A DNA stretch of 63,882 nt, filler included, from Choristocarpus tenellus KU-1152 (lineage: Eukaryota; Protista; Phaeophyceae): assembly GCA_964200185.2 (NCBI GenBank). It is 13 parts of 13 records of this genome, joined end to end, with 100 filler letters (N's around TTAATTAATTAA, not from the genome) between each part and the next. Parts side by side here need not be neighbours in the genome. Positions count along the whole stretch, not along the records: positions 7,975 to 15,940 come from CAXNAD020005327.1; positions 16,041 to 21,455 come from CAXNAD020010851.1; positions 21,556 to 24,480 come from CAXNAD020023611.1; positions 24,581 to 27,785 come from CAXNAD020021562.1; 9 more parts are not named here. One strand, 5' to 3'. Each line of letters starts with the position of its first letter. Within the stretch, counting starts at the first letter, position 1. The position numbers and the translations under genes are program-made. The notes under the pieces were generated by a model that made no database searches, was not told where the DNA came from, and saw only the letters and a program-made list of their open reading frames with translations. This document shows positions 12,477 through 25,111 of the stretch, piece after piece.

Positions 12477-15400
12477 CTACCCACACTGCTCTTCCTTTCT
12501 AGGATATTTGAATCCTGTATGAGTTTGACTATACTTGTCAAGGAGATATTGCCCACTGGTAGTCGGTGGATACTTGGCCGGATTTTCTTCAGAGCAGAAC
12601 TGCGGCATGCAAATCACCTGTTATTGCCACAGTACGCTGTCAGAATTGGTTGCAATATTGCTTGAATGGGCGCCCAAGGCACATCGAATGCGGAGTGATG
12701 TTGAGGAACATTATTGTCATTGTCATTGTTATTGTAACCTTTTCTTGATATTGCTGTAGAAGTAATAATATTACTGGTCGTGGTACTGGTACAGAAAAAC
12801 AACATAGGGGTTACAACAAAGCAGGCAAACAGTCATCATCATCATCATCACTGAGCGAAGTAGTAGATACAACATGCCTCAAAGCACTAATAGAGCACGC
12901 ACATGTGTATGACGCAGCATGAGATTAGACCTCATTTCAACAAGGTCCCCACCACCAAGAAAATACAATATACATGAGGAAATTCCACTTCAGTTCTGTC
13001 TCACAGAACTCAACTGCCAAAAAATGTAACTCTGGGCTCAGAAGATCCTAGGTTTTCAATTGTGTGTAGGCAACTGATGTGCTCACGATCCAGATGCAAA
13101 GTGATGGTCTGAATTGCCTGTGTAGCTGTCCCTTGTGTTGCATTCTGAGCAGATTGGAGAAGTCATCACACACAATTCTAGTTGACTTGCGCCACCATCT
13201 ATACTCTACCTCTGTTTCAAAAGCTGGCTCAAAGAAGAATGGTATACTATAGCGCTCCTGGCCAAGGCAATTCACCACCCGATGTAGTGTTGACTGAAGA
13301 TAGCCATTGGTCCTGCAGAAATAGGTGAGGGGGGGAGGGGGATAGAGTGGAACATTGTAGGGAGAAGCATGTGATGGAACTGCCACGATGTCATAGTGAA
13401 GACAGAGGATAATCTTCAAGGACTACATAAAGCTATCAAGAGCATTTTGGGGTGATAGAAAACAAGGGCTTGTAGTTCCAGTGATGAAACTCTCCAAGGG
13501 TGGACAAATAGACCTTACCAGCGCTCCAGCATATCGCCGAGGTTGCAAATGAACGTGCCATGTTGTGGGAGAACGTCATACCATGCCCCATCCAGCATCA
13601 CCTGCAGACCCGGGACATCATCCTGCCCAAAAGAATGTTGCATGCCAAACGAACATTGGGTTAAGGATGGCTATTGACAACGATGCCATTAAAGGAAAGT
13701 TAAATGGCGCTCCAAGTATGTAGCACGGAATCAATGAAACAAATGTTTTTTGTACTGTGAGCATGTATGTCAGACATACAATCAATCTCTGCTTTGGTAC
13801 AACCAATGCAACCAGGGCCATGTCTGTGTTCCAACAAAGCAAGAGTCCATCCTCACTCCTAGACGTATACTTTGACTTGCCGTTGCGAGCAAGGTGAGGA
13901 GGCCATAGTCGGAGTGTGCTCCTGTGCCGAGAACACCCTTGCCTGGGTCAGACACCTGGGGAGAGAGATCCAGATTTAAAAAGTAGGGTTGCTGAGCTGC
14001 TGTACTTTTTGAAGTACAGCTTCACTATGCAGGTGTGACTATCGATTGACAGAGAGAGCTGGCCTTGGGTTCCACAAGACTCCACTGTGGACCCAGCCAA
14101 AGGGGCCCTATGTACTATCGTTCTGTTAGAATGAGTGCTTAGCAACCATAAGCGATTTTATCATGCCATCTCTCAATCCAAATAATGTTCAACTGTTTTG
14201 CTATTACATCACCAGGATCTCTATGTTGTGTTCTCTAATGCCTCAGAGAGTAACTTCAAATTTTGCACACCTCAAGGGCATGTGATTGTTTGCCACACCT
14301 GAGTTGAATAGTGGAGAAGTCGCAAAGCTGACAGAGAATCCACAAAGAAACTCTCAAAGAATCCGACTTCCAATCCAAGGCCCTCTGCCAAGAGTCTGGA
14401 TAGCCTTATCCCCAGTGAATTTAAGGTTTCATAGTACCTCAGCATGGTTTCCCTCCACCTGAGTTATTGATAGATTTCCACCACACGGTTCAATATCTTC
14501 TAAGGTGAAAGCAGTTTACACATTTGTACCATCACACTACAGTACTATAAAATAGAATCCACGGTGTTTCATCCACTCATCATGGGCATTCTGACTGTGG
14601 GGAGCACAGTCAAGTCTGTTCTGGTATGTAATGCATGAAGATGGAAATTTGTAGAAGTCACTAAGGCTTCAGACTCTGGGAAAGCTACAAATGCTCATTG
14701 GGATATCCAATCACCATCCATACCTCACAATCTGAGGCAGTCACAATGCATCTACGTAAGTGTGATTTTACAACCTAGGATATGTGGAAGCTGTGAGCGC
14801 AGTCTTCAAGTAATTACATATTCAATATTCTAATTCTTTACCCTGGCAAGAGTTTATCTGATGGCCATTGATTCGGTCCCTGTAATGGTTTAGCGGCTGC
14901 CTCACTGCCTGCTTCTATCTCCCTGAAAATGTAGTATCCTTCCTTCATGACATGGTACGCGGAATTTCATGTAATCAGAATTTGTTAGAGGGTTGGTACA
15001 GTTCTAGCCAAAACTGTACGGGATTTCACTATAATGAACCTAAGCAAGTCTTTCGACTATGACCGACACAATCATATCCTCGCAGGCATGATAAACGATA
15101 CTTCGACAACCAAGTCACTCATGGCAACGTTCTTGCGGTAAGTCTGTCTAGGTTAAAAAAAAATGACGTATTCTCCACCGAACACATTTCCGGTCATACA
15201 AGAGGGCGCAAAGACCTTCTGGTAAGCATCTGAAGGGGGAGGATCCTTCTATTTTTCTCCTCCTCGCTATTACCATGATAATGGAACGGTATTATAGACT
15301 TGGGGCATCAAGATCTGCCGACGAACCTTCGTGTCCCCTTGCGTCTGGTTTGCAGGTTCCAGGATCTCTTCGTGCATCGGGGTATAGCCTCTGTTGTTCT

Positions 15401-15742
15401 TGTCGGCCAGTACTGACATTTTGTCCTTCTCTGAGAGCGAAAAGAACGATCTTGATTGCGCAAAGACCTTCTCCATCAACTCATTTGGCACTCCGTGATT
15501 TTTGAGTCGAAAGAAGCCAAAGTTCCTGCAAGCCTTCTCAAGGAGCAACGTCGAAAAGTTGTACCCAGACAAGGTGTATGGCTGATCTCAATATATAATA
15601 ATAAATACATCTACTGAGATCGTTGAGAAATGTCAATTGTCGTACAAAACGCGGGTGTGCAGTGCACCTGGGTAAGAGCGATGGGGGCACCAGGGTCCAT
15701 CATGTCTATTACAGCAGGCTCCCAAGTTTGAAAATCCGGCAT
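12477..15742 (-). CDS. 2-oxoglutarate/Fe(II)-dependent dioxygenase (DIOX_N + 2OG-FeII_Oxy), complete, 8 exons
   Basis: Exons 15742-15668, 15533-15327, 14943-14842, 14458-14299, 13955-13881, 13622-13519, 13312-13210, 12617-12477. Motifs ACRNFGFFRLKNHGV, NRGY, GPNQWP, LRLLHY, HSDYGLLTLL (HxD), NLGDMLERWTNG, STLHRV (distal His), ERYSIPFF (RxS). Ends in TAG at 12479-12477. Confidence 0.93.
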
Positions 15743-16570
15743 CTTGCACTATTGTGGTCTGCTGTCTGAGTCGCAATGTCCACTGTGGTACAGTTCCAAG
15801 TAACACATACATACTACAGGAGTTCCAATAGGAAATGGGGGATGTATGCTAAAGTTATCATTTCATGTTGGTGTGAAAAAGCCAAATACACTTCCGCGCG
15901 CACACACAAAGGTATTGCGCGCACATTTCATTGTCATTGGNNNNNNNNNNNNNNNNNNNNNNNNNNNNNNNNNNNNNNNNNNNNTTAATTAATTAANNNN
16001 NNNNNNNNNNNNNNNNNNNNNNNNNNNNNNNNNNNNNNNNGTGTGGGGGGGGGGGGGGGGTGGGGGGGGTGGGTGGGGGGGGTTTTGTCCTTGGGATGGC
16101 AAGTGGTCAGTATCCGTTTGCTTGACTCGGTACATAAATAAAAAATATATATATATATATATTTTCTTATCACAGTGGAGAAGTGACTTGGTGTTTGTAT
16201 TGATTACATTGCACATACCATGTGGTAATAACAAAGTGACTTGATGGTTGCATCAGTGTAACTCTGGGAGTTTGTTAAGTGGCTGTAGTTGGTACTAGAC
16301 CCTAGTTCAGACAGATGCATGACTTTGTTTACCTGTGACATATTTGATGTGGGGATAGATGCGTGAAATCAGATCGACCACGCGATTCCCTGTCATCCCT
16401 CAACACTCATCCCTCAACACTCATCCCTACCTATCCTCCCCCCCCCCCTCCTCGATCGATAAACTCTACCACCTTGCTCCCATCCTATCATGTTCCGTCA
16501 AACTCCAACTCCATCGCTATTTTTCTTTTAATACTTTTGATTTTTTTGATTTTTTTTTTGTGATCTACAG

Positions 16571-19382
16571 TTACGGGCAGACTGAGACCACTGCTGGGGC
16601 AACCATGACCCATCACGGAGATTTTTCAACTGGACACGTGGGGGGACCGTTCAGCTGTACCGAGATTCGATTGGCCGACGTTCCAGAGATGGGATACCTG
16701 CACACTGACTCTTGGCATGGGGATGACCCCCGGGCAGGGGGCAAGGGGGGCATACCTTGCCGTGGGAGGGGAGAGGTTAGTTAAGGATGCATTTTTTTTT
16801 TTTGGCTCTCAGCTTTAGGTGATGTCATCTATGCCTTCCTGTCCTCGATAATATTAACAATGATAGTAACAGTAATAGTAACAATAATAATAATAATAGT
16901 AACAATGATAATAACAATGATAGTAACAACATTGGTCCTTAGGGCCGAGGGAACAAAGGAAGGGGAAGTCCCCATCATTGCTTTTGTTTGCATCATTGTA
17001 GCATTGTATCATTGTACTTATACAGTGTGTTGTGGTGCTGTTACTGAACTGATACAGTGTGTTAACATCCATGTACTTCTCGCCTGTGTGTGTGTGTGTG
17101 TGTGCTTCACTGAAATAACTGTATACGCTACACCTATGTAACTGTAATATACCCTATGTAACTTCTCAGGTGTGCTTCCGAGGGAGTAATATATTCCATG
17201 GGTACTACAAGATGGATGAGAAGACAAAGGAGACCTTTGATCACGAGGGCTGGTTGTACTCAGGGGATATTGGTCTCTGGAATGCAGATGGCGCCCTCAA
17301 GCTCATTGGTGAGACAGTTCACTTCACACACACACACACACACACACTGGCTGCCACTGGTGTGGTAAATGTCAGTGTTGGTATTTACCCCCCTAGTTTC
17401 CAGAAACTACTAACAAGTTGAATCTAAATGTCCATGGACCTCCACCTCTCTCTCTCCTTCCACACATTGTAATTCTTGGTAGGGTACTGAATTGATTTGC
17501 ATATTGTTCTTGGAACCTAGGTCAATGCATGTATATGGATATATATATATATGGATAGATAGGAGAGGAAGATACTCATAGATACAGAGATCGAAGACCT
17601 GGTTTGTTGGAGGTTTGTAATGGTTGAGATTCCTTATACGTTTGTTTGCAACCTGAGGGTGCAAAGTAGTTTTTCATAATATGCCATCAGGCGGGTTTTT
17701 TTAGTGCTATTGGTGTCTGTCAGTATGCTGCATCAGCAGGATCATTCCTAAGCAAACAACGGCTAGAGCCTCGGTAGTGCAACACAGCACTTTACCAGCT
17801 CACCTTTTGAATCCTCCCTCACCCCCCTTCCCCACGCTGACCTCTGTTGCCTTTTGCCCCCACATTGTTTATGTGTTGTCCAAATTGTGTGATGTGTGAT
17901 GTGTGTGTGTGTGTGTGGCGTGTGCATGTCAAATGGTTTAATTTTTTTTTTGGGAACAAAAGACCGAAAGAAGAACATCTTCAAACTTTCTCAGGTGAAA
18001 AACAGAAAAATATTGATAAGGTGCAGAGGCCAATTTTGTGTGGGGTTAGGGTTAAAAACAGTACAGGACGAAACTGTGAACTGTTTTTATTTTTTTTATT
18101 TTGAAGACTGACCTCTACAGTGTGAAACTGGTCACTGTCTCGGATCATTTTGCGATCAACTTCATAGTGTTTTTATTCCAGAAAGACCACCGCTTTTGTC
18201 TATGTATGTATGTTTTTAAAGAGATATTTTTTATAGCCGGTGGAAATGAAGGATCTGCCGGATCAGGCGACGTCTGTCCTCTTCGGTTGTATACAACCAT
18301 CCCCTGTAAAAAACTTCAAAAGTTTTTAAGTGGTGTCATTATTTTAAGCGCCGGGGAAAAAAGTTCTGAACCGGTGTTTTACGCTACGTAGGAAACTTCC
18401 TATTTAAATTTAAGAATTTTAAATTTAAGTTTGAAATTTTCCCATTTCGGGACATGCGCTTCTTAAAACAAGCATTTTCCTCAATTTTCAAATAGAAAAA
18501 TCCTACTGTGTGTGTATGTGTGTGTGTGTGTGTGTGTGTGTATGTTTGTCTAGGGAGAGTACATTGCCCCAGAAAAAATCGAGAATGTGCACACACTGAG
18601 CCCCCTAGTGGCCCAGAGCTTCGTGCACGGGGATAGCCTCCAGAGCAGCCTGGTGGCGGTGATTGTTCCGGACGAGGAGGGGGTCAAGTCGTGGGCTGTT
18701 GCAAGTGGAATCTCTGGGTGTGTCCGTCTAATCGATAGATGGATGAGGGGAATCGATATATCCTGTGACGTGCATTTAAAAATTACCGCTTGTTTTGTAT
18801 AGCGTGTTCCTTTGTGTGTGTGTGTCTGTGTGTCTGTGTGTCTGTGATTGTCTGTGTGTGTACAACTAATGTGTGTGTGTGTTTGTTTGCTGTGGTATTT
18901 GTTGGATAGAGAGAGGTGATATGAGTGTGTCTTGGGAGTTTTTTTTAGTATTGTTGAGGCGTTTTGATTTACGTTGTTGCAGGTCGTACAACTGAAACCA
19001 GCAGTTAGAGTGGTTGTGGTGTTGCACGATTGATCATCAATCTCCGCCTGTCTGCATGTTTCTTCACTCTGTAGATTTTTTTAATTTTTTGTCTTGAATG
19101 TTGTGTGCCCATGCTTTTTTTTAGATTACCTTCTTCTAACCATGGTTTTGTTGAGACCCCCTTAATATTAATAATAATAATAATAATAGTTAAAAAATGA
19201 GACCTTTTTGTTTTTGTTCTTATTGTGGTATCACAGTGTGGTGAGGAATGAATAGAAACGTATGTAATTTTACGAATGAGCATGTATCCTTACTCTGTGC
19301 TCATTATCACAGTTGTGTTTAATTCACCGTCGATTTTAGGAATAATTTTTTCTTGTTTATTTTTCTTCATCCCCTTCCATGT

Positions 19383-19420
<38 letters not shown>

Positions 19421-21146
19421 ACACAAAACAACCAACCAACCATCTACCACACAAGCAACCGGAGGAGAANNNNNNNNNNCCCGTGTTTTTATATAATTTT
19501 TTTTTTTTTTTTTTTTTTTTCCCCCCCTTCCCTTCCCCCCCCCCCCCCCCCCCCCTGTATATATAAACACAACATACACACAGACCTACCACCTACTGTA
19601 GGTTACATGATCGATGATATCAAGATGGAGGGTTTAGATCAGGCCAAGACTGTAATTTCTTTAATCCTCAACGATCACTGCGCTATTTCTATGTCTATTA
19701 TCTTGGTCCAAGATCGCGTTATCTCCTGCCCCTCAATATTTCTCCCTTTTCTAGTTTGTAGTACTAGTGGGTTCATGTTGGCGTTCTCTCTCATTGTGGT
19801 TTGCTTGACCAGGTCCACATCCTTTGCAGAGCTCTGTGCCAACCCCCAACTCAAGGCTGCGGTAATGGAGGAGCTTGAGACTGTTTCTGAGAGGGCCAAG
19901 CTGCAGAGATTTGAAATGGCAAGTTTAGTTTAGTTAAGGATGTTTGTTGGAGTCCAAAGAGTGTAGTTGTATAATTGCAAGGGTGTTGTTGAAGTGTTTG
20001 TAGTATGTTGGCTCTTGACACTACTCTACTTTTCTTGTATGCTTGCTGCTGATTGGTTGATCTTGAAGAAAATTATTCTTTTTTCTTTTTTCCTTTAGGA
20101 GGCTGCAGCAAAAAGTTCTCCATTGAGGAAGGAGGAAAAGCAAGGCCTGTCTTGAATGGGGTCGTGCTTGGAATATGAGTGTGATAATACGTCATGAAGT
20201 TTGATCTGAGTCAAAGTATCTTAGAGGATAAAGCCGCGTCCATTTGGGGTCCAAAATCCAATGTTGCGATTTTGATGTAATTTTGGCTATCGTGTTTGTT
20301 AGGAAGTGTCAATATCCATTTTTTGTACACACCTTTTCATAACGTAAACAATTTACCTACTCTGAAAAATTTTGGAGTAGGAAAATGTCATAAAAAAAAC
20401 CCGTGGGAAACCCAGGCCCCAAACAGACAAACAGGGCAAAACTCGTACCCACTAAGATACTTTCACTCATCTGTTAGTAAGATTGGGTATTGGGGGACAG
20501 CATCTAAAGGGGGATAAAACGGTGGGTCAAGAGGAGTATGTTACTCTTCCAACCTTTTGTTTTCATCCTGAAAAGTCAGTGTTTGTGGTGTTATCATTGG
20601 GTGAAGATTTTGGTTGCTACAATATAACTGGCTGAATTGAGCGGAGGATGTTGTGGAAGCAGCTATTCTTCCACCAATGGGGTGAGATCCAGAAATGCTG
20701 GATCAATCAAAAAGGGTGGCGTAAGCACCGCAATATCCCCCAAATACACTCTCAATATTGTTACTAGTTAAATCACCCCAACACCTTTTTTTTCAACCCT
20801 CAGAGCTCTACACGATCAGACCAAGAGGTATGCCATCCACCTCACCGGAAACCTCATAAATGAATCGGTTACATTGCTGTTACATCGATGACATAAAAAA
20901 AAGTATAATGTGTATTGCCACAACCACTCACATGCTTCCATCGCCAAACCAACCCAGGTCAAGGCCATTCACCTGGAGCCCAGTCTTTTCAGTGTGGACA
21001 ACAACATGCTTACACCGACGTTCAAGCTCAAGCGCGATGTGGCCAGGGAGGCTTATGGAGAGGTCATCGGTCACCTCTACAGCACCATTGAAAACAACAG
21101 GAGTGGCAACTTGAATGGCCTTGGACAATCTCGCTCTCGACTTTAG
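16571..21146 (+). CDS. LACS: Long-chain acyl-CoA synthetase, 3' part, with C-terminal PTS1 (-SRL)
   Basis: Exons 16571-16775, 17170-17308, 17963-17994, 18554-18717, 19813-19918, 20958-21146. Motifs [59 protein letters not shown]. Ends SRL-stop. Confidence 0.94.
20208..20468. mobile_element. MITE subfamily B inside a LACS intron, 4-bp TSD ATCT
   Basis: TIRs GAGTCAAAGTATCTTAG / CTAAGATACTTTCACTC; ATCT on both sides. Inverted homologue at 26735-27000. Confidence 0.85.
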
Positions 21147-23949
21147 TTGCTTGTCTTGCATAGATGGTGCTTTTTACAAGGCAATTGAGGGCAGTAACTC
21201 CTGTTTATGCTTTTGTGGCTAGGTACGCAATACCAATCGAGGTAAAATGGGAAGATTGAAGATTCATTGTCTGTGTTTTTACACCCCACCACTATGTTGT
21301 AAACTGAGTATCCAGAAGTCCATTTTTTGTTTATGTGTGTGTGCGTTTTACAGATGGGTGTTGCACTGTCATGTATACTGAGGCAAAAGTGCAGCTTGCT
21401 ACTTGCCCTGTGTTGGCAGGGAGGGGGGGCTGGCTATAGTAGATAGGATTCACACNNNNNNNNNNNNNNNNNNNNNNNNNNNNNNNNNNNNNNNNNNNNT
21501 TAATTAATTAANNNNNNNNNNNNNNNNNNNNNNNNNNNNNNNNNNNNNNNNNNNNAGGGGGAATACAATGTAAGCTATATACATATGTGTATATATAAAA
21601 TGTCCTAAACATAAGAATACTGTAAGACAATGCGTGGAAACCACTAATCAGTTACTAACAGTATCATTCGCTTCACAGTTGGCAATTAGTAAACGGGCAT
21701 CAATGGGCTCTTATGTATCTTTATTATTATGCCCTCTGACATTTTGTAGATGTGTCAGGGGAATAATCAACAAAAGCTATTCACATGTCAAAATAAACTA
21801 TGGGCTCTATCTCGAACCTGAAATTTGTGGATAATATCACTAAATCGGAGGCATAATGATAATATGCCAAGTATTAGAAGTTGGTGTTTTCTTGAAGGTG
21901 GTTTAATACTTCACATACACTATTGCTGTCAATATTCTCACCAGTGTAGGTCTTATGGTGTAATTGGTAACATTTGAGACTCTGAATCACAAGCCCCGAG
22001 TTCCTGTCTCGGTTAGACCTTGTTTTTGGCATATTTGTTGCTTGCTTACTATATGTACCGTGATCAATGCTACAATATTATCATTTTATTCAAATATGAG
22101 CAGTCATACTATTTATAACGTCCTTCACTTTGATCTGGAGACTACCCCCACAAGCGGTCAGAAGCACAATGCAGTAGAGTACAACTCATACTAACTACTC
22201 CAAACGACTCCTGTACTACAACTACTCCTATTGCCTCCATTTGCCTTAATCCTCACGAGTTGGGTTTCGTCATCCCACTGCTCTGTCACTACATCTCCTC
22301 CCTCGAATCTTGTGCTGGACCTGCCTCAGTGTTGCTCTGCAATTAAACCTTTTCACCTTGTTCCTTGTCGATAGAGAGTACAGGTGTACAACTAGTAGTG
22401 GGTTGTCACATAGACTTTGGACATTCAAAAACACAAAATTCCATTAAAAGAAGTCCGGTATTGATGGAGTTAAAAACAAAATATCGATCCAGGAGAGTGC
22501 CACCTTCACACCTGAGCCAGGACTTCTCACCAGAACAGCAGTTACTGGACCGGCAGGTTGGATGGGGGCTGCAGCTTGGCCCTGTTGGGATATTTCTCAC
22601 ACCGGCCGGCCCAAGGTCCCCTTTGGTTTACAATCTCGATGGCTCTGGCCCTGTCCTATTGAGACATATTTTACCTTGGCTGGTCTGCGACCCGGTCCAG
22701 CTATGTAACCTCTGATGGGCCTGGATTGGTCCTATTAAATAGTATTTATTCTATGGAGTCGTTGTTTTTTTGCTTGCCCTCTCAGATTGCTCCAAATGTG
22801 GTTCAAAATTGAATTGAAAAATCTTATTCTACATTGGAATGTATAGTCTAGTTGAGTTATAATCTAACCAAGAGATGATTATTTTGGACTATGTATTTTC
22901 TGATCAGTATTATTGAGCGACGAGTGTGTCTCCCACCTGTACTCTCGCACAGCCCCGATCCGATCATGTCAAGACATATCTCACCCAGGTTGGGCAGTTG
23001 GGCGGTCCGGTTGCAATCTTGACGGCTCCGGCCCGGCCCTTTTAAGTCATATTTAACCTGGGCTGGTCCTCGTTCCGGTCTGGACATACCCTCTGGTGGC
23101 CCTGGACTGGTCCGCTTACGCTATATTCCACCCGGATCGGCCCATGGCCTGGTTCTGTCACGTTTACCTCGTCCGGTGAAAAGCTGTGCACTGAGTCATG
23201 AGGGTGGTCAATCAATCTGAGGGTTCCCAGACCCGTGGTCTAAATGTAGTTGAAAGAATGCAATACACGGTGGACGTCGCTAGAGAAGTACAGATAGACC
23301 TGTAGAACAGGCAATATGAATGAAAATCAGTGAGAAAGAAGAAATCAAGAGAAGCAAGAGAGGGGACTAGGAAGAACTCTGTGTATGTATGAAGGTAATG
23401 AAGAGAACCCAGGCGTAGAACACTGATACCCCCCCAAAAAAGTTGGGTCACATCAGGCTCATCCAGTCCGAAATTATCATAAGTCACACGTCGCACAAAA
23501 GACAGAAAGGGAAACATAGTCGCAAGAGTAATCAACCTCAAACAATACAAATTAGATCAGAAAGCAGCATTCAGCAGACTGCATTGGTGGTTGAGGTTAG
23601 TGCATACTTGCCATCAGTGACCAGTGAGGATGTTCCCTGCATGGTGGATTAAGTTAGCAAGTGTGAATTCCATCCACGAGACAATTCTCTTGATAGAAAT
23701 GTGTTTTTGATAATCCAAAGTTAACGTGACAACTGCTTCGGATTGTATCCTATCTACCTTTTGCTGTACTGCAAAAACGCTGGATCATAATGAGGTGGCA
23801 AGTTTTGCTTCAAAAAGGTTTGGGGGAGGAGGTGGAGCGACGAGCAGTGGGATGACTGAACCCAGTGCACAATATACAAAACACAAATGGAGGCAGCGTG
23901 ATTAGTATGTTAAGTACTGCAGTGTGTAGTGGCTCTGACTGCGGATTGG

Positions 23950-24352
23950 GATGGTTTCCAGACTAAAGAAAGAAAACGATTTCAAGACTATTTTGAAAAG
24001 TAATATTACGAAGTGTTGTTCGTCCGCGGGATGCTCAGATTCAAACCCGGTCAAAGGGTAGTTTGATTTCGATGGACTACATGGCAAGCACAACGGAGTG
24101 GTACACCTGTGTGTCACTAAACCTAGAAATAAAAAGTACGTGGAAAACATGAATCGTGCTGACCAGGTTTCATCATTACGACGCGAATATTGGATAATAT
24201 TCAGGGAGGGAGACGAAGTGGTGAACGATGGGATGGTTGAGCCAAACGTGCGGCAAAATATGCAAGGCACGCACAGGGAAGTTGATTTTGTTTTTGCGAA
24301 ACAATACAATGAGGTAGTTCGTGAGAACCCAGTAATGCACAAGAAAAAATGA
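23950..24352 (+). mobile_element. Possible decayed piggyBac-like transposase fragment
   Basis: KKYVENMNRADQVSSLRREYWIIF resembles YN..MGGVD.ADQ....Y...W..IF. Weak and degenerate. Confidence 0.25.
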
Positions 24353-25111
24353 AAATTATTTTATCGACGTTTGTTGAAGGGTACTAAAAGGAAGAAGAGT
24401 ACCCTGGTTGTTCAACGGTTAGTGGGTGGTGTGCCGTAAAGCAATGTCACTTGCTCCAGCCCTCTCACTCATCTCTACGCNNNNNNNNNNNNNNNNNNNN
24501 NNNNNNNNNNNNNNNNNNNNNNNNTTAATTAATTAANNNNNNNNNNNNNNNNNNNNNNNNNNNNNNNNNNNNNNNNNNNNGCATGGTGTAGAATGCACAC
24601 CTCTTCAAAAACGGTCAAAATCAACCCTAACCCTAACCCTAACCCTCGAAAATACCACAAAGTAAGGAGATCACAATCCCAACATTTCTGTATCGTTGAC
24701 TTAACCCTAACCCTAACTCCCCAATTGGTATAGATCTCTGACTACACTAGTCTTGACTCACAAAAAATGTTGAAAAAACCCCACTTAAGAATGAACGTAA
24801 CCCTAACCCTAACCCTAAGAATGAACTGGAAGAAACAACACACCCAATGCACTTCATTTACATTTCAATAATACAATTAATACAACAGGTCAAGATACTA
24901 TACATATTATTAGTAGCAGTATTTATTATTACACAGTACCCTCTACCAAACATATCCAACTAAAAAACGATCACTCATATTAAGAACAGCAACACCCAAC
25001 CTGTTTAGTGTCTCATCTAATCTATTCCGATATATTCGTACCCTACTCCAAATGAACTACACCCAACCTGGTCTCTTAAATACCCCCTTTCCAGAGTCTT
25101 GATAGGTTCAC

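Noticed and set aside
12535-12759. Plus-strand ORF resembling a Copia RNase H segment
   Set aside because: It is the antisense of the last exon of the 2OG-Fe(II) oxygenase.
19276-19600. Poly-Pro/Gly/Phe/Lys ORFs here and at ~28150-28420, ~36200-36380 and ~53430-53600
   Set aside because: They are translations of homopolymer runs beside N gaps, in low-quality intronic sequence.
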